NCBI GenBank assembly: GCA_963713615.1
Contig: CAVQMM010000001.1
Span: forward strand, 3,264,001 to 3,328,000
Length of the DNA stretch: 64,000 nucleotides
Reading direction: 5' to 3'
From: an uncultured Chlamydiae bacterium
GTDB taxonomy: Bacteria; Chlamydiota; Chlamydiia; Chlamydiales; JAJFMA01
Of this stretch, positions 28,848 to 39,287 are shown piece after piece. The position numbers were made by a program, and so were the translations under genes. The notes beneath the pieces are model-generated. The model was not told the origin of the DNA. It saw nothing but the letters and a program-made list of their open reading frames with translations, and did not search any database. Position 1 is the first letter of the stretch. Each line of letters starts with the position of its first letter.

Positions 28848-31800
28848 TTAATCGTGTACGAGCTCATGGTCCTGTAGAATGAGTGGAAAAATTTCTACAA
28901 CCGAAGGCGTCCAATCGAGCCCTTTCTTGTAGATGAGTTGTGAGGCCAGATGACAGGCAATCATAGCCTTCTTGTGGTGTTCAGGAATTTGTGACATCAA
29001 ACGATCTTCAAATTCCTGCCTAAGCAGGGGCAGACAGTAGGCCAAGAAACAACGTATTAGCGACGAGTTGTGAGTGTTTTCGAGGGGGATGGTATCGAGA
29101 TAGTCGAGCAGCTGGTACGTGTAGTAATTGATGCGCTGGGAGATGCGATCTGATGCCTCACTCAACGCCATGCCTTCTTCGCTATGAGTGCGCAGAAGGA
29201 GCTGGGCTTCATTGAGCGCTGCCACCTGAAGGCGATCTAACACCTCGGCGACTAGCTGTTCCTTATGCATGATGAATTCATCATCAGTGAGGGCTAGGCT
29301 ACACATCACTTCGTAAGATGAACAAATTACGCCTCCCTTATTTGCAGAGCTATCCTTAACAATTAGGCACCCGAGTTCTTCTAGCTGGTGCCTCGCAACG
29401 TTTGTGAGATACAGGTTTGCCCCTTCTATAATAGCCCTGGAGGTGGGTTTTCCCGTTTCATCCAGAAAGTCCTTGTAATTGACGTCGTTGAGAGTTCTTG
29501 GACGCCCACCGCAGGGGAGAAATACGTCTGCTTTGATACTGTGAACATTATGCCGAAGGAGATAGTTCATATCACTGGTCGACAACCAATCTTTGACGAG
29601 CTGCTCCTCTTTCTTTCCCCAGCAGAGTGTTTGTTGTACTAGAGCTGTCTGATCCCTCTTGGTATTCTTATCCAGTAAGAAGCCGCCTTCGTGGAGTCTT
29701 TCGGGTGGATAAAAGCGGACGGGTTTTGCTTCGAGAAATAGATCTGCCAAGATAGTGAGGTCGAGGCCTTCAGGGTCATAGATGGTACCAGAAACGTCCG
29801 TTAGAGCGAGGAGTTTGGCGGTGTTGGCATAATGACGGTGCAGGTTAAGGATCTGATTTCCCGCTACATCGCCATCGGGTCCACCGGACATTTTCACGGT
29901 AAAGTGATCCTTATCGGGGTCAATGCCTAGATATCTGAGGACTTCTGCCATGTAGACATTTACACCGCGCGAGGTCACTCCATAGTGTTTGTGATTGATG
30001 CCCACTAGGGGTTTACTGGTAATAAAAGCGTTGCCAGGGATGTAATGATATTTTTGGGCGAAGGCAGCAATCCACTCGATCATGCTGTCGCTCATGTATT
30101 CGTCAGGCCCAAGATAGATATACTCAGGACGTTGCCAATAGTCTACGATGTATTTAGCGCTGATATTTCCTAAGGCATCGGTGTTGATAAGGGTCAAGAG
30201 GCTTTCGATGAAGGAACGCTGAGTGTGTAGAAGGTATTCCTCCTTTTGGTCTCGGCGAAAGAGGGCCAGTTTATTGTTGATATCGCTTTCGGAGACTTTA
30301 GCATCTTCAAGTTCATCGCTAAGGATTTTGGCTTCAGCCTCAAGCTGCTCAAAGGGTTTCAGGAAGATAACCGCTTTGGAGCCGCCTTCTGGAATATCTT
30401 TATTTTTGAGGTGCTGCGTATAGGCGAGGTTATAGCACTCTGTGAAGATATTGTTGCGCTCGAATGCCATGCGTTCTTCCTGCTCGGAATAGACAGTGCG
30501 AAGACCCCCACGCGATAGATCCTTGAAGCGAATATGGAAAGCAAAGTAGTGCAGGCCTCGCATGAAGAAAATGGCATAGGGCAGTTCGGGAAATTTGTTT
30601 TTTCTATCGAATGGGATTTCATCTAAATAGCGTGGATCTAAGCGAAAGCTAATTGCTGTATAGTTGCGGCGAAAGAAATTTGTCTTGAGAGTATAGTGGA
30701 TGAAGTTTACTGCCTGGATGAGTACGTTTCTTCGTCTGACATCGTTTTCTTCCTGGCCTGTGTCCAGCTTCATCATAAGCCCTAGAAGCTCTTGATGTAG
30801 GTTTTCGTATTTTTCAAGATCTAGAGCGTCAGGATCGAATTTATATGTAAAGAGGTCACAAATCTGCGCGGTTAGCTCAGGATGTCGACAGAGTGCCTCT
30901 TCAATGTTCTCAATACGGTAAAGATTGATGTCGATGTGCACGAGGGCTTGGTGAACGAAGTTGACCATGGCGCGTACCAAGTTACCCATGGTTCCTCTTA
31001 GAATACCTTTACTGACTAGACATCTATCGATTTCATCAAAATCATCGAAATATTTGATCGTTACGAGTTCTCGGAGGAAGTCGACGATATCGGCAACATC
31101 CCAGGCTGCTCTTCCATCGCTGCCATGTAGGCTGAGGACCATGACAAGTATACTGTGTTTGCTGAATGGGTCGATGTAGGTGGCGTTGACACGTTTCATA
31201 ATCAGCCCATGGCGATAAACCATGCGGGCAATACGGTATAGGAAGTTCTTCCTGGGAGTGTTGTGCCACGCTAAAATGACCTGCATGGAGGCATGGCCTG
31301 TACGTGCCCAATCTTCCTCATAACGCACCTCATATTGACAGTTGTCGCGTGAACGAGCTCGAAATAACATCTCAAAGGCTAATACGAGGCGATCTTTCGC
31401 CAAGGTGCGCATGAAATGGACATCCATACGTGCCATCGTGGCATCGAATTCGCTGTCTGTGATCTCTGGAGTTTGCTCTCGAACAAGTGCGCGCAGTTCT
31501 TCTAAAGAGGCTTTTGGAAACCCCTCTTCATGCGTCTCGTCGTATTGTGTAAAGAGGATCAAACCCACCCGCAAATGCTTGTTTATACCCGGAATTGGTA
31601 GGGGTGAGAGGGAGACATACACACGGTAGCTCTTGATGCCGTAATTGGCGCATGTCTGCAAAATACGCGGGTCGGCATCGGCACTATCCAGGCACAGGAC
31701 GATAGCCCCGCGCTTAATTTTGATCGTGGAGAAGTAATCTTGTAAGTGAAAACCCATTAGGTTGTGGGCGATAAGCATCATATGCTCTTGGCCCACCTCA

Positions 31801-31928
31801 GAGAGAAAAGCCTCGGGCATTTCGTGTTCTAGCCAGAGGTAATGCTGCTGAAATTTATGTCCTTCATCTTGAATGGCTGCCATCAGCCGTTGCTGTGAGG
31901 AAAGTCTCTCGTCGCGTGTTTGCATCAT
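28848..31928 (-). CDS. Large NAD-specific glutamate dehydrogenase
   Basis: SRGGLR, KNKDIPEGGSK, GGPDGDVAGN, IIEGANL and SANKGGVICSSYE motifs. Confidence 0.92.
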   Translation of the reverse strand: MMQTRDERLSSQQRLMAAIQDEGHKFQQHYLWLEHEMPEAFLSEVGQEHMMLIAHNLMGFHLQDYFSTIKIKRGAIVLCLDSADADPRILQTCANYGIKSYRVYVSLSPLPIPGINKHLRVGLILFTQYDETHEEGFPKASLEELRALVREQTPEITDSEFDATMARMDVHFMRTLAKDRLVLAFEMLFRARSRDNCQYEVRYEEDWARTGHASMQVILAWHNTPRKNFLYRIARMVYRHGLIMKRVNATYIDPFSKHSILVMVLSLHGSDGRAAWDVADIVDFLRELVTIKYFDDFDEIDRCLVSKGILRGTMGNLVRAMVNFVHQALVHIDINLYRIENIEEALCRHPELTAQICDLFTYKFDPDALDLEKYENLHQELLGLMMKLDTGQEENDVRRRNVLIQAVNFIHYTLKTNFFRRNYTAISFRLDPRYLDEIPFDRKNKFPELPYAIFFMRGLHYFAFHIRFKDLSRGGLRTVYSEQEERMAFERNNIFTECYNLAYTQHLKNKDIPEGGSKAVIFLKPFEQLEAEAKILSDELEDAKVSESDINNKLALFRRDQKEEYLLHTQRSFIESLLTLINTDALGNISAKYIVDYWQRPEYIYLGPDEYMSDSMIEWIAAFAQKYHYIPGNAFITSKPLVGINHKHYGVTSRGVNVYMAEVLRYLGIDPDKDHFTVKMSGGPDGDVAGNQILNLHRHYANTAKLLALTDVSGTIYDPEGLDLTILADLFLEAKPVRFYPPERLHEGGFLLDKNTKRDQTALVQQTLCWGKKEEQLVKDWLSTSDMNYLLRHNVHSIKADVFLPCGGRPRTLNDVNYKDFLDETGKPTSRAIIEGANLYLTNVARHQLEELGCLIVKDSSANKGGVICSSYEVMCSLALTDDEFIMHKEQLVAEVLDRLQVAALNEAQLLLRTHSEEGMALSEASDRISQRINYYTYQLLDYLDTIPLENTHNSSLIRCFLAYCLPLLRQEFEDRLMSQIPEHHKKAMIACHLASQLIYKKGLDWTPSVVEIFPLILQDHELVHD

Positions 31929-32190
31929 GAGTTCTCCCTGTCCCTTCTTAATAGGGAAAAGGGGAGCGTTAACGCAATGTTTTTCTTGGTATGAGCCATT
32001 CCCGCTGTGCTTCTTCGACGATACTCGGGATCTTTTTGGTGATTTTACCCCATAGCCTCCTCATACATATCACAGGGGATATGAATTTCGGAGGCAATGG
32101 GGTAAACTCATCCAAAAATATCTCAAGTCTCCTCGAAGAATTCACAGCGGGAATGGCTCGGTATTCCAAGTGAGGACGATAAGGGCCGAT

Positions 32191-32227
32191 ATGCCCTGGC
32201 CTGTTGCAATATCGACCCTTCGGGCCT
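32191..32227 (+). repeat. Solo REP-like arm of element B (empty IS110 target site)
   Basis: ATGCCCTGGCCTGTTGCAATATCGACCCTTCGGGCCT; overlaps the Fic stop codon. Confidence 0.9.
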
Positions 32228-33767
32228 AAAAAGGGGTAAAAACCTGTGTCTCTGGTCCCGCTAGGGGCTTTTGATTCGTCATAGTAGCAGCTACAAAACG
32301 AGTGAAGGGTAAGATGTCATTATCAACACTAGCAGCTTCTAGCGTTTTCAGATATTCATTGCGATGCGAGACCTCTATCACAGTCCAGGGATATCCGCCA
32401 GAAGCAAACATTACGTTCATTAAAAAACGGCCCAGGCGGCCATTGCCATCCATGTAGGGATGAATATACACAAAAATAAAATGACCCAATACTGCACGTA
32501 CACCAGCATGCGGTTCCTCTCTTAGGCATTTGAATAACGCATCCATGGTATCTGCAAGGTATTCTTTAGCTGGTGGTGTATGGCGCGAATGGCGGATGTA
32601 TACCTGATTTCGGCGATAGCCAAAAAGATCCGCGGCAGATAGCAGCCCCGCTTGCACTGAAGATCCAAATAACTTTTGGTACCATCTTGGAAGGTCATTC
32701 TCAGCAATATCACCGGGCGATGCACCTTGTAAGACTTGCTCTACAGATACTTTTACAGCTTGAAAAGCTTCGTAGTATCCGCGGGCAGCCAGCGCGTCAC
32801 GTAGCTGCCTGTCCTGAGGATTTTTATCGGGGTGCCATTTCGCTGCTTTCACCCTTTCTATAAGTTCTGGAGACACTTGATATCCTTCGATGGACAGGGA
32901 ATTGTAGGCATCTTGGACATACACTTCAGAAACCTGCCTTAGATATGCATTGGGGGATTCAGGTTGTCCTGGCGGCATAGGAAAGTTATGGAGGACAACG
33001 TCTCGAAATTGTTCCCACTTAACTTGAATACGTACAGCATAGGGTGACTTAAGAGTATTACCCGTCAAAATTGGGGTTTCGGTTGAAAAAGGGTTTTCTT
33101 CCTGTACTATGATCCCAATTTGTGCGAGCCCTTCTTTAAGATCATCCGCTATCTTGGTAAGTTTTAGAAACCTATATGCTCCAATGAGTCGTCCTGCAGC
33201 GTTTTTGAATTTGTTATGCTCTGCTATGATATGGAGCAGTTCCATGGCACTTATAGAGCGCAGAGCTATTTCTGCATCTTGCGGAGAGTTTCTAAAAAAG
33301 GTTGGTGAAACCCTACAAAGAGCGTAGTGCATGGGCATGACTTGCAAGCCTCTAACAGTTTGTTGAATCTTTGGCATGCGGCTGGGGTCTGCATAGACGA
33401 GTACTGATGTGTCGAAGGGTAGTGATTGGGGCGATCCGCTGCCCCTAGTTGCCAAAACGATGACTTGTCTTGGGATTGTGGTACCACCAAGATGTAAATC
33501 TATCGACGATTCTGCAGAAAGACAATAGTCAGAGCCGTAATGATATTCCAAATAGACTTTGAGGAAGTCCCAAAAGCTTGCATACCAGGCGGTGGATTCA
33601 CCGGGTGGTAAATCAGGACGAACAGCCAAATACCAGCCTCGCATGATTTCTTCTAGCCATCCTTGCCTGACTAACCACTGGCGGTCAGTGCGCTGAAGTT
33701 GACTAGTATGGATGACGTGGCATTGATTCTTTTCTATAAGGTTTTGCAGGTGGGCTAGCGCTTTCAC
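32226..33767 (-). CDS. Fic family protein with N-terminal extension
   Basis: HPYMDGNGRLGR Fic motif; YNSLSIEGY inhibitory-helix-like motif. Confidence 0.93.
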   Translation of the reverse strand: MKALAHLQNLIEKNQCHVIHTSQLQRTDRQWLVRQGWLEEIMRGWYLAVRPDLPPGESTAWYASFWDFLKVYLEYHYGSDYCLSAESSIDLHLGGTTIPRQVIVLATRGSGSPQSLPFDTSVLVYADPSRMPKIQQTVRGLQVMPMHYALCRVSPTFFRNSPQDAEIALRSISAMELLHIIAEHNKFKNAAGRLIGAYRFLKLTKIADDLKEGLAQIGIIVQEENPFSTETPILTGNTLKSPYAVRIQVKWEQFRDVVLHNFPMPPGQPESPNAYLRQVSEVYVQDAYNSLSIEGYQVSPELIERVKAAKWHPDKNPQDRQLRDALAARGYYEAFQAVKVSVEQVLQGASPGDIAENDLPRWYQKLFGSSVQAGLLSAADLFGYRRNQVYIRHSRHTPPAKEYLADTMDALFKCLREEPHAGVRAVLGHFIFVYIHPYMDGNGRLGRFLMNVMFASGGYPWTVIEVSHRNEYLKTLEAASVDNDILPFTRFVAATMTNQKPLAGPETQVFTPF

Positions 33768-33787
33768 TGGATTGCCTAGTTTTGACT

Positions 33788-33852
33788 TTCTCGTTTTTCA
33801 TGTTAGCAATCTTCTCGTTTTTCGTGTAAGCATCTTCTCGTTTTTCGTGTAA
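33788..33852. promoter_or_regulatory. Three direct repeats TTCTCGTTTTTCRTGT upstream of fic (possible operator)
   Basis: Copies start at 33788, 33812 and 33835; the regulatory role is inferred. Confidence 0.6.
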
Positions 33853-33911
33853 CTAGATGAAAAAATTGGGGGGTGCTTCTAGACCGCGCGTGGTATTATG
33901 CCTTTCTTGAT

Positions 33912-35972
33912 TCAACGTCTAAGGAGTCGCAGGGCATTGAGTCCCACAAGGACAGTGCCACCCTCATGCATGACAACAGCAAGCCAGAGAGGGATGAGTC
34001 CAGCCAACGCAGATAGGCTAGCCACAATAATTGCGCCTGTTGCGACACCGAGATTTTGTTTTACAATAATCTGGGTGTGCCGAGCTTTCGTCATTAGCCA
34101 ATCCAGAAGAGTGAGGTCGTCATGGAGAAGCACGACGTCCGAAGCATCGATCGCTGTGGAACTCCCCACCTTCCCCATGCAAATGCCTACCGTGGCCCTA
34201 GCTAAGGCCGGTGCATCATTGATTCCGTCACCGACCATGGCCAAGCCACAGGCACTGGCCAGCGTAGAGACATATTGCAGCTTATGCTCGGGTAATAAAT
34301 CGGCATAGTACTCATCGATACCTACTTCCTTAGCGATTTTACGTGCACTGGTGACGTGATCCCCAGTAAGCATAAGCAAACGCCATCGGCCCGTCTGACG
34401 CAGCTGTTGGATTGTTTCTTTCATCTTAGGTCGAATTGCATCGCTGAAGCGAAATAGAAAAATGGTGTGATCTACCAGCATAATTGTTAGTAACTCGCCG
34501 GTTTCTTTGAGTGTCTCAATTTTTTTTGAAAGGGCTTCAGCGGTTTGCAGTTCTATTCGGTCCCTGATGAACTCGAAACGGCCAATATAGGCCATTTTCG
34601 ATCCTACTTTAGCCTCTAGTCCATAGCCTGGTACGGACTTAAAATCGTCGATCGGGGTGATGGGAATATTTTTTTGTTCGCTGTAGTTGACGATTGCCTT
34701 AGCAATGGGATGTACGGCATTTTTCTCCATAGCGGCAGCAATGCCAAGGGCGAATTCAGTCTCGCCGGGACGTGTCGGGCCTAAAGCCTCCATTCCCAGA
34801 CACGTGAGGTTCCCTGTTGTTAGGGTGCCAGTCTTATCAAATGCTATCGCTGTGCAACTTGCTAGGGCATCTAGAGTGATCCCTCCCTTGAGCAGAATGC
34901 CCTTTTTTGCACATATGCTCACAGCGCTAAGGTAGGCAATCGGGATGGCTAGAATAAGCGCGCAGGGCGATGCTGCAATAAGAAAGGCCAGGGAGCGGTA
35001 GATAGAACCTTCGACCCCCAAAACGTTGAGCCCTAGAAGAAAGGGGAAGGTTGCTGCGAAAACGACGGACATTCCTATAATGCCTATGGCATAGCGTTCG
35101 CTGACTTTATCAAACCATCGTTGCAGCTTAGGTCTAGCTTCCTGGGCACTGGTCACGAGCTGGACAATTTTTGCCAGTGTGGAGTCCGCGCTCGTGTGCG
35201 TTACTCGAATGGTGAGTGCTCCGTCAAGATTGCGAGCTCCTGCAGCAACCTTGTCATCGAGACCTTTGGCCACGGGAGTGCTTTCACCCGTCAGGTGAAC
35301 TAAATTGACTGAAGAAGTTCCCTTGATCACAATGCCATCAAGGGGAACGACTTCTCCGGCCTTGACCAAAATAATGGCTCCTACCACAACATCGCTAACG
35401 GCGCGGTCGACAAGGGAGCCGTCATCCCGTACAATCACAGCTTTGCTGGGAGAGAGCTTTTTGAGGCTGCTGATGGATCCTTTGGCCTTGGATGTTACGG
35501 CATCCTCAATGGATGCCGAAAGGGCAAAGAGGACTAACAATAGTCCACCTTCGAATCCACTGCCGATGAGCACCGACGAAAAAGCCGCTAGCGTCATCAA
35601 GACGTCGATGTTGACCTGCAGATTGGCCAGTTCTTCGATCGATTCGATAAGTGAGGGTATTCCTGCCAAAAAATAGACACATACCAACAGTAGGTATGCT
35701 AAAGACAAGTATTCCGGAATCCATGACAAGGCAAACGAAGCCGTCAGCAACACTGCTGACAAGATAGATACTTTCAGTGGGATATTGACAGCCCATTTGC
35801 GCGAAACCGGTGTGAGGAAGGGGCTTGAACTCTCTAGTCCTAGTTCAAAGAATTCGTCGAAAATAATGACGTGATGTGCACGCTGAAGGCCGGAAGATCC
35901 ACTGCCCACGCCATCACCTCCACCATTCGAGTAAAAAATGGACACAGCTGAAAGCCAATCCTGCAATGCCAA
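33912..35972 (-). CDS. Heavy-metal P1B-type ATPase (ZntA/CadA-like); start uncertain
   Basis: LTGES, SPC, FDKTGTLT, HP, MLTGD, GDGINDAPAL and HEGGT motifs. Confidence 0.93.
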   Translation of the reverse strand: MALQDWLSAVSIFYSNGGGDGVGSGSSGLQRAHHVIIFDEFFELGLESSSPFLTPVSRKWAVNIPLKVSILSAVLLTASFALSWIPEYLSLAYLLLVCVYFLAGIPSLIESIEELANLQVNIDVLMTLAAFSSVLIGSGFEGGLLLVLFALSASIEDAVTSKAKGSISSLKKLSPSKAVIVRDDGSLVDRAVSDVVVGAIILVKAGEVVPLDGIVIKGTSSVNLVHLTGESTPVAKGLDDKVAAGARNLDGALTIRVTHTSADSTLAKIVQLVTSAQEARPKLQRWFDKVSERYAIGIIGMSVVFAATFPFLLGLNVLGVEGSIYRSLAFLIAASPCALILAIPIAYLSAVSICAKKGILLKGGITLDALASCTAIAFDKTGTLTTGNLTCLGMEALGPTRPGETEFALGIAAAMEKNAVHPIAKAIVNYSEQKNIPITPIDDFKSVPGYGLEAKVGSKMAYIGRFEFIRDRIELQTAEALSKKIETLKETGELLTIMLVDHTIFLFRFSDAIRPKMKETIQQLRQTGRWRLLMLTGDHVTSARKIAKEVGIDEYYADLLPEHKLQYVSTLASACGLAMVGDGINDAPALARATVGICMGKVGSSTAIDASDVVLLHDDLTLLDWLMTKARHTQIIVKQNLGVATGAIIVASLSALAGLIPLWLAVVMHEGGTVLVGLNALRLLRR

Positions 35973-36660
35973 TGTTCCAGACGACTGCTGGGATGATGCG
36001 GTTACGTTCTAGATACGCTGAAATGGCTGCTGCCAAGCCCAGAATGAGGCCAGCGCCTATAAAAATACCGTAGGATGGCATTAACCAGACCATTAAAACA
36101 CAGATTAAACCAGACAGCACAACACCAGCAGCGGCGCCTAGACCCTGCTTAAGCGGATGTTCATATACTTGCAGGGAGAGGCCAAGCTCCTCTTCTAGCA
36201 TGACCTTTAGGAGACGGTCTCCATCAGACATCAACACATCTACGACATCCTCGAGAAGTTGGCCATGAAAACCCTTGGCTTCGTAGAGGACCTTAAGTTC
36301 ATCGCGTTCTTGTTGCCGATGGTGTTCGATCTCCCAACGCTCCTCGGCAATGATGCGGTGAAGCCGTTCGAGTCGGATCCACTGCAGCCAGGCGCTACGC
36401 CCCATTTTCCACACCAGCCAGCCAATCGTGGTGATGATCAAAATGAGAGTGACATTGAACCCACCTTGGCCTAGGTGGGTTAGAATAGCCCAGAGAACGA
36501 GCAGCAATAGTGCTGTTTCACGGGCTGCATCGGCTGCAGCTGAAAAATGGCCAGGAGTTTCAGCGCCGTGTGATTCAGATGATGCGATGATGCCTTGGGC
36601 TTGCGCCTCGATGATATGTTCTAGAGGACCTTTTCCCTTAATATGTGTGGGTTCTGCCAT
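35914..36660 (-). CDS. VIT1/CCC1 family metal transporter
   Basis: EERWEIEHHRQQERDELKVLYEAKGF...MLEEELGL Glu-rich domain between TM helices. Confidence 0.85.
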   Translation of the reverse strand: MAEPTHIKGKGPLEHIIEAQAQGIIASSESHGAETPGHFSAAADAARETALLLLVLWAILTHLGQGGFNVTLILIITTIGWLVWKMGRSAWLQWIRLERLHRIIAEERWEIEHHRQQERDELKVLYEAKGFHGQLLEDVVDVLMSDGDRLLKVMLEEELGLSLQVYEHPLKQGLGAAAGVVLSGLICVLMVWLMPSYGIFIGAGLILGLAAAISAYLERNRIIPAVVWNIGIAGLAFSCVHFLLEWWR

Positions 36661-36739
36661 TCTCAACTCGCAGCACTAATTTTACATGAAAAGTTACCCG
36701 AATTTGCCTTTCTTGTCCCCTAAGGACTTCGGGCTAGCT

Positions 36740-36930
36740 ACGTTTTGGTCCTTTAGTCCATGAGGTAATTGCAGAAGTGCGATTCTTCCACTTCCTTGAT
36801 TTGGTTCTTAGCTTGAAATTGCTTTACACCAAAAAAACAATAAATAATAAAACGAAAACTATTTAATTTTTTTCCTCTTTCCTTTCTTCTCTCTCCTATC
36901 TCGGCGTCTCTGTGATTAAATCCTCTCCTC
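36740..36930. repeat. Cluster of repeat remnants: GTCCTTTAGTCCAT, a solo element-B end (36762-36778) and a family C arm
   Basis: Direct matches to motifs at 17186-17198, 7738-7754 and 1870-1918. Confidence 0.75.
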
Positions 36931-37042
36931 TAACAAAATAAATATAAATATGATATAATTGTGCTGTGGGGATTAGAATTAATGGCTAAAATTTATTGAA
37001 TTTGAGATCTAATCTCCTGAAGAATGATGAATTACATGGAGG

Positions 37043-38287
37043 ATGGAGATGCAATTCGACACACCCATGCAGAATTACGATGCTCAGGCAGGTGATATTG
37101 GGACTAAGGCGGCATCGCAGCTGGCACAAGGCGCTGATGAAGTGTATGCGCGTTTGCGGGATGACGACAAGAAGGACTCGATAAAAGAAAGCAATGAGAA
37201 AACCAAGCCTGAAGATGTTGCAGGGTTTATCAATCCTGCGGTACCCATGCTAATCCCCCCGCAAAACAATGCCGCTGATATTACTGCCATAGATCAGGGG
37301 AAAAACCAAGGGGTGAGACAAGCCGGAGCTACAGGTTCGGGTGCAGCGAGTGGAACAGCCTATTCTACACAACTTAACGATGCCGTTGAAGGTACAATGC
37401 GCAGCGTCTTGGACAATTGGCAGGCTGCCACAGCAAAATTTGTGGCGAGTTCCAAGGCAAGTAACATCCAGGAAGAGAACAACTATCAAAATAAGGTGTC
37501 TGAGCGATGGGCTCAAGATGTCTATCAGCTAGGCACAGCTCAAGCACCTCATTCAACCGTCGTCTCGGCAATTATGGGGGCGGGTTTAACAGGTGTTATG
37601 GCGGGACACAAAATCGACCCTACAGATCCACAGCACATCAGTTTTTCCTTGAATCAAGATGGAATCCAGGCTGCGACGCCCATGATACCAAGCGACATGC
37701 GTGCTGAATTGGGGTTACTTGGAGCTCTGCTGATGACTCCCGCACAGTATCAGGCGACAGCTTTGACGATTGGAAAAACCAATAAAACAAGTCAACAACC
37801 TGTTGACCAGCAGTTCGCCAGAAACTATGGTGCGCGAGTGGTCAAGATGGTAAATGATCAGGGCTTTAACTCATGGTTAAAGACAATTATTCAAGCCAAA
37901 GCACCGGGTAATGGCCAGCTGAGTCAACAGCAGATGGGGGAATGGACGGCGAATTTTAAATTGGGCATGCTGATGTCGGCCTATGCGATGTCATATAAAG
38001 CAGCCTATGGTGGGGTTACCGGTGCTGAAGTTGCTGGACAGGTTAAAAATCTCGATCTTGCTAAGGCCGGTGGTGATGCTCCATTAATGGATGCCATTCG
38101 CCAGCAACTACAGTCGATGCCACCAGCTCAGCAAACGGCGGCTTTGAGCCGCATCACCAATTGGTTGAATAGACCCGAGACCACCCAGAAGATCGATTCT
38201 TTGATGGATCCTATGAAGGTCTTCCAAGGCATTTCGGGCCCTGGAGATGGTGTTCAGGAAAGAAAAGCTACTGACCAGCCCGTATGA
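37043..38287 (+). CDS. Hypothetical A/Q/G-rich protein, type III secretion substrate-like
   Basis: GGAGG RBS; 414 aa; low-complexity N-terminus and two weakly hydrophobic segments; function is inferred. Confidence 0.75.
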   Translation: MEMQFDTPMQNYDAQAGDIGTKAASQLAQGADEVYARLRDDDKKDSIKESNEKTKPEDVAGFINPAVPMLIPPQNNAADITAIDQGKNQGVRQAGATGSGAASGTAYSTQLNDAVEGTMRSVLDNWQAATAKFVASSKASNIQEENNYQNKVSERWAQDVYQLGTAQAPHSTVVSAIMGAGLTGVMAGHKIDPTDPQHISFSLNQDGIQAATPMIPSDMRAELGLLGALLMTPAQYQATALTIGKTNKTSQQPVDQQFARNYGARVVKMVNDQGFNSWLKTIIQAKAPGNGQLSQQQMGEWTANFKLGMLMSAYAMSYKAAYGGVTGAEVAGQVKNLDLAKAGGDAPLMDAIRQQLQSMPPAQQTAALSRITNWLNRPETTQKIDSLMDPMKVFQGISGPGDGVQERKATDQPV

Positions 38288-39287
38288 GGTAATCTGCCCA
38301 AGACTCTCTGGAGAGCCCCTCGCCGGTCAAGACTATAGGTTGAGAGGCTCTGCGCTTGAGCGCCTGTTGGTAGGTTTCATCATAGTAGTTCAGCACTGCA
38401 TCAATCCAGTCAACCATGCGTCTTTCGGCTAGTGCAGCAAGAGCTTGTTGCGCTCGTTCCCCGCCCAGGCGTCGATGCAGCCTTCGCGTAGCCTCCATGA
38501 GAAGCTGACTATCTAGCTGTCCATATACTTCCAGCAGAGAAGCAATGCGTTCTTCTCTAGGTGGCTGTACGACAATTACTGGTGCTGCAAGCATAGCCTG
38601 AAAGAGGCTTAGCGGCAGGCGTAGTTTACCGATTTGACGACTTTCATCTTCTATCCATACGCGGCGTGAGGGATCAAACTCCCTCCACAAACGGGCGATT
38701 TCGTTCTCAAGGTGTTCGTTGGATGGCTGAGCAGGCAGTCCCAGGCCCCCATAGGTACTTCCACGGTGATTTGCTAAAGCTTCGAGATCCAAGACTTGCT
38801 CTCCACGTAGCCTAAGAGCTTGCAGGATAGCCGTTTTTCCGCTTCCTGTCATGCCGCCCAAAACAACAATAGCGGGACCTGCGGTGATTGCATCCAAGGT
38901 CTTGAGAGCTCTTCTGCGATATTCCTTATAGCCCCCTTGTAGGGTGATGGCCTGCAGGCCTGCAATTCCCAGAAGCCAAGCCACAGCGCCAGAGCGCATG
39001 CCTCCGCGCCAGCAATACACCTTGGCGCAAGCACCTTTGGTAAGCCCTTTGGCGCTTACCACCAAGTCAGCAAATCGTGGACCAGCTAACCGCAGCCCAA
39101 GTTCTACAGCTGCATTACGGCCCACTTGCTTGTACGTAGTGCCTACCTGGGCACGTTCCGCATCGGAAAAAAGAGGAAGACTGTGCGCCCCTGAGATGGG
39201 AGCATGCAAAAACTCGCTAGGACTGCGCACATCCAGGGCTGCTCCAGGGGTGGCTAGAAACGATTCGATGTCCAGAACATCAACCAC
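38268..39287 (-). CDS. selU: tRNA 2-selenouridine(34) synthase
   Basis: DVRSPSEF, rhodanese YCWRGGMRS, GGYK, P-loop GMTGSGKT, DLEALANHRGS and EDESRQIG motifs. Confidence 0.95.
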   Translation of the reverse strand: MVDVLDIESFLATPGAALDVRSPSEFLHAPISGAHSLPLFSDAERAQVGTTYKQVGRNAAVELGLRLAGPRFADLVVSAKGLTKGACAKVYCWRGGMRSGAVAWLLGIAGLQAITLQGGYKEYRRRALKTLDAITAGPAIVVLGGMTGSGKTAILQALRLRGEQVLDLEALANHRGSTYGGLGLPAQPSNEHLENEIARLWREFDPSRRVWIEDESRQIGKLRLPLSLFQAMLAAPVIVVQPPREERIASLLEVYGQLDSQLLMEATRRLHRRLGGERAQQALAALAERRMVDWIDAVLNYYDETYQQALKRRASQPIVLTGEGLSRESWADYLIRAGQ

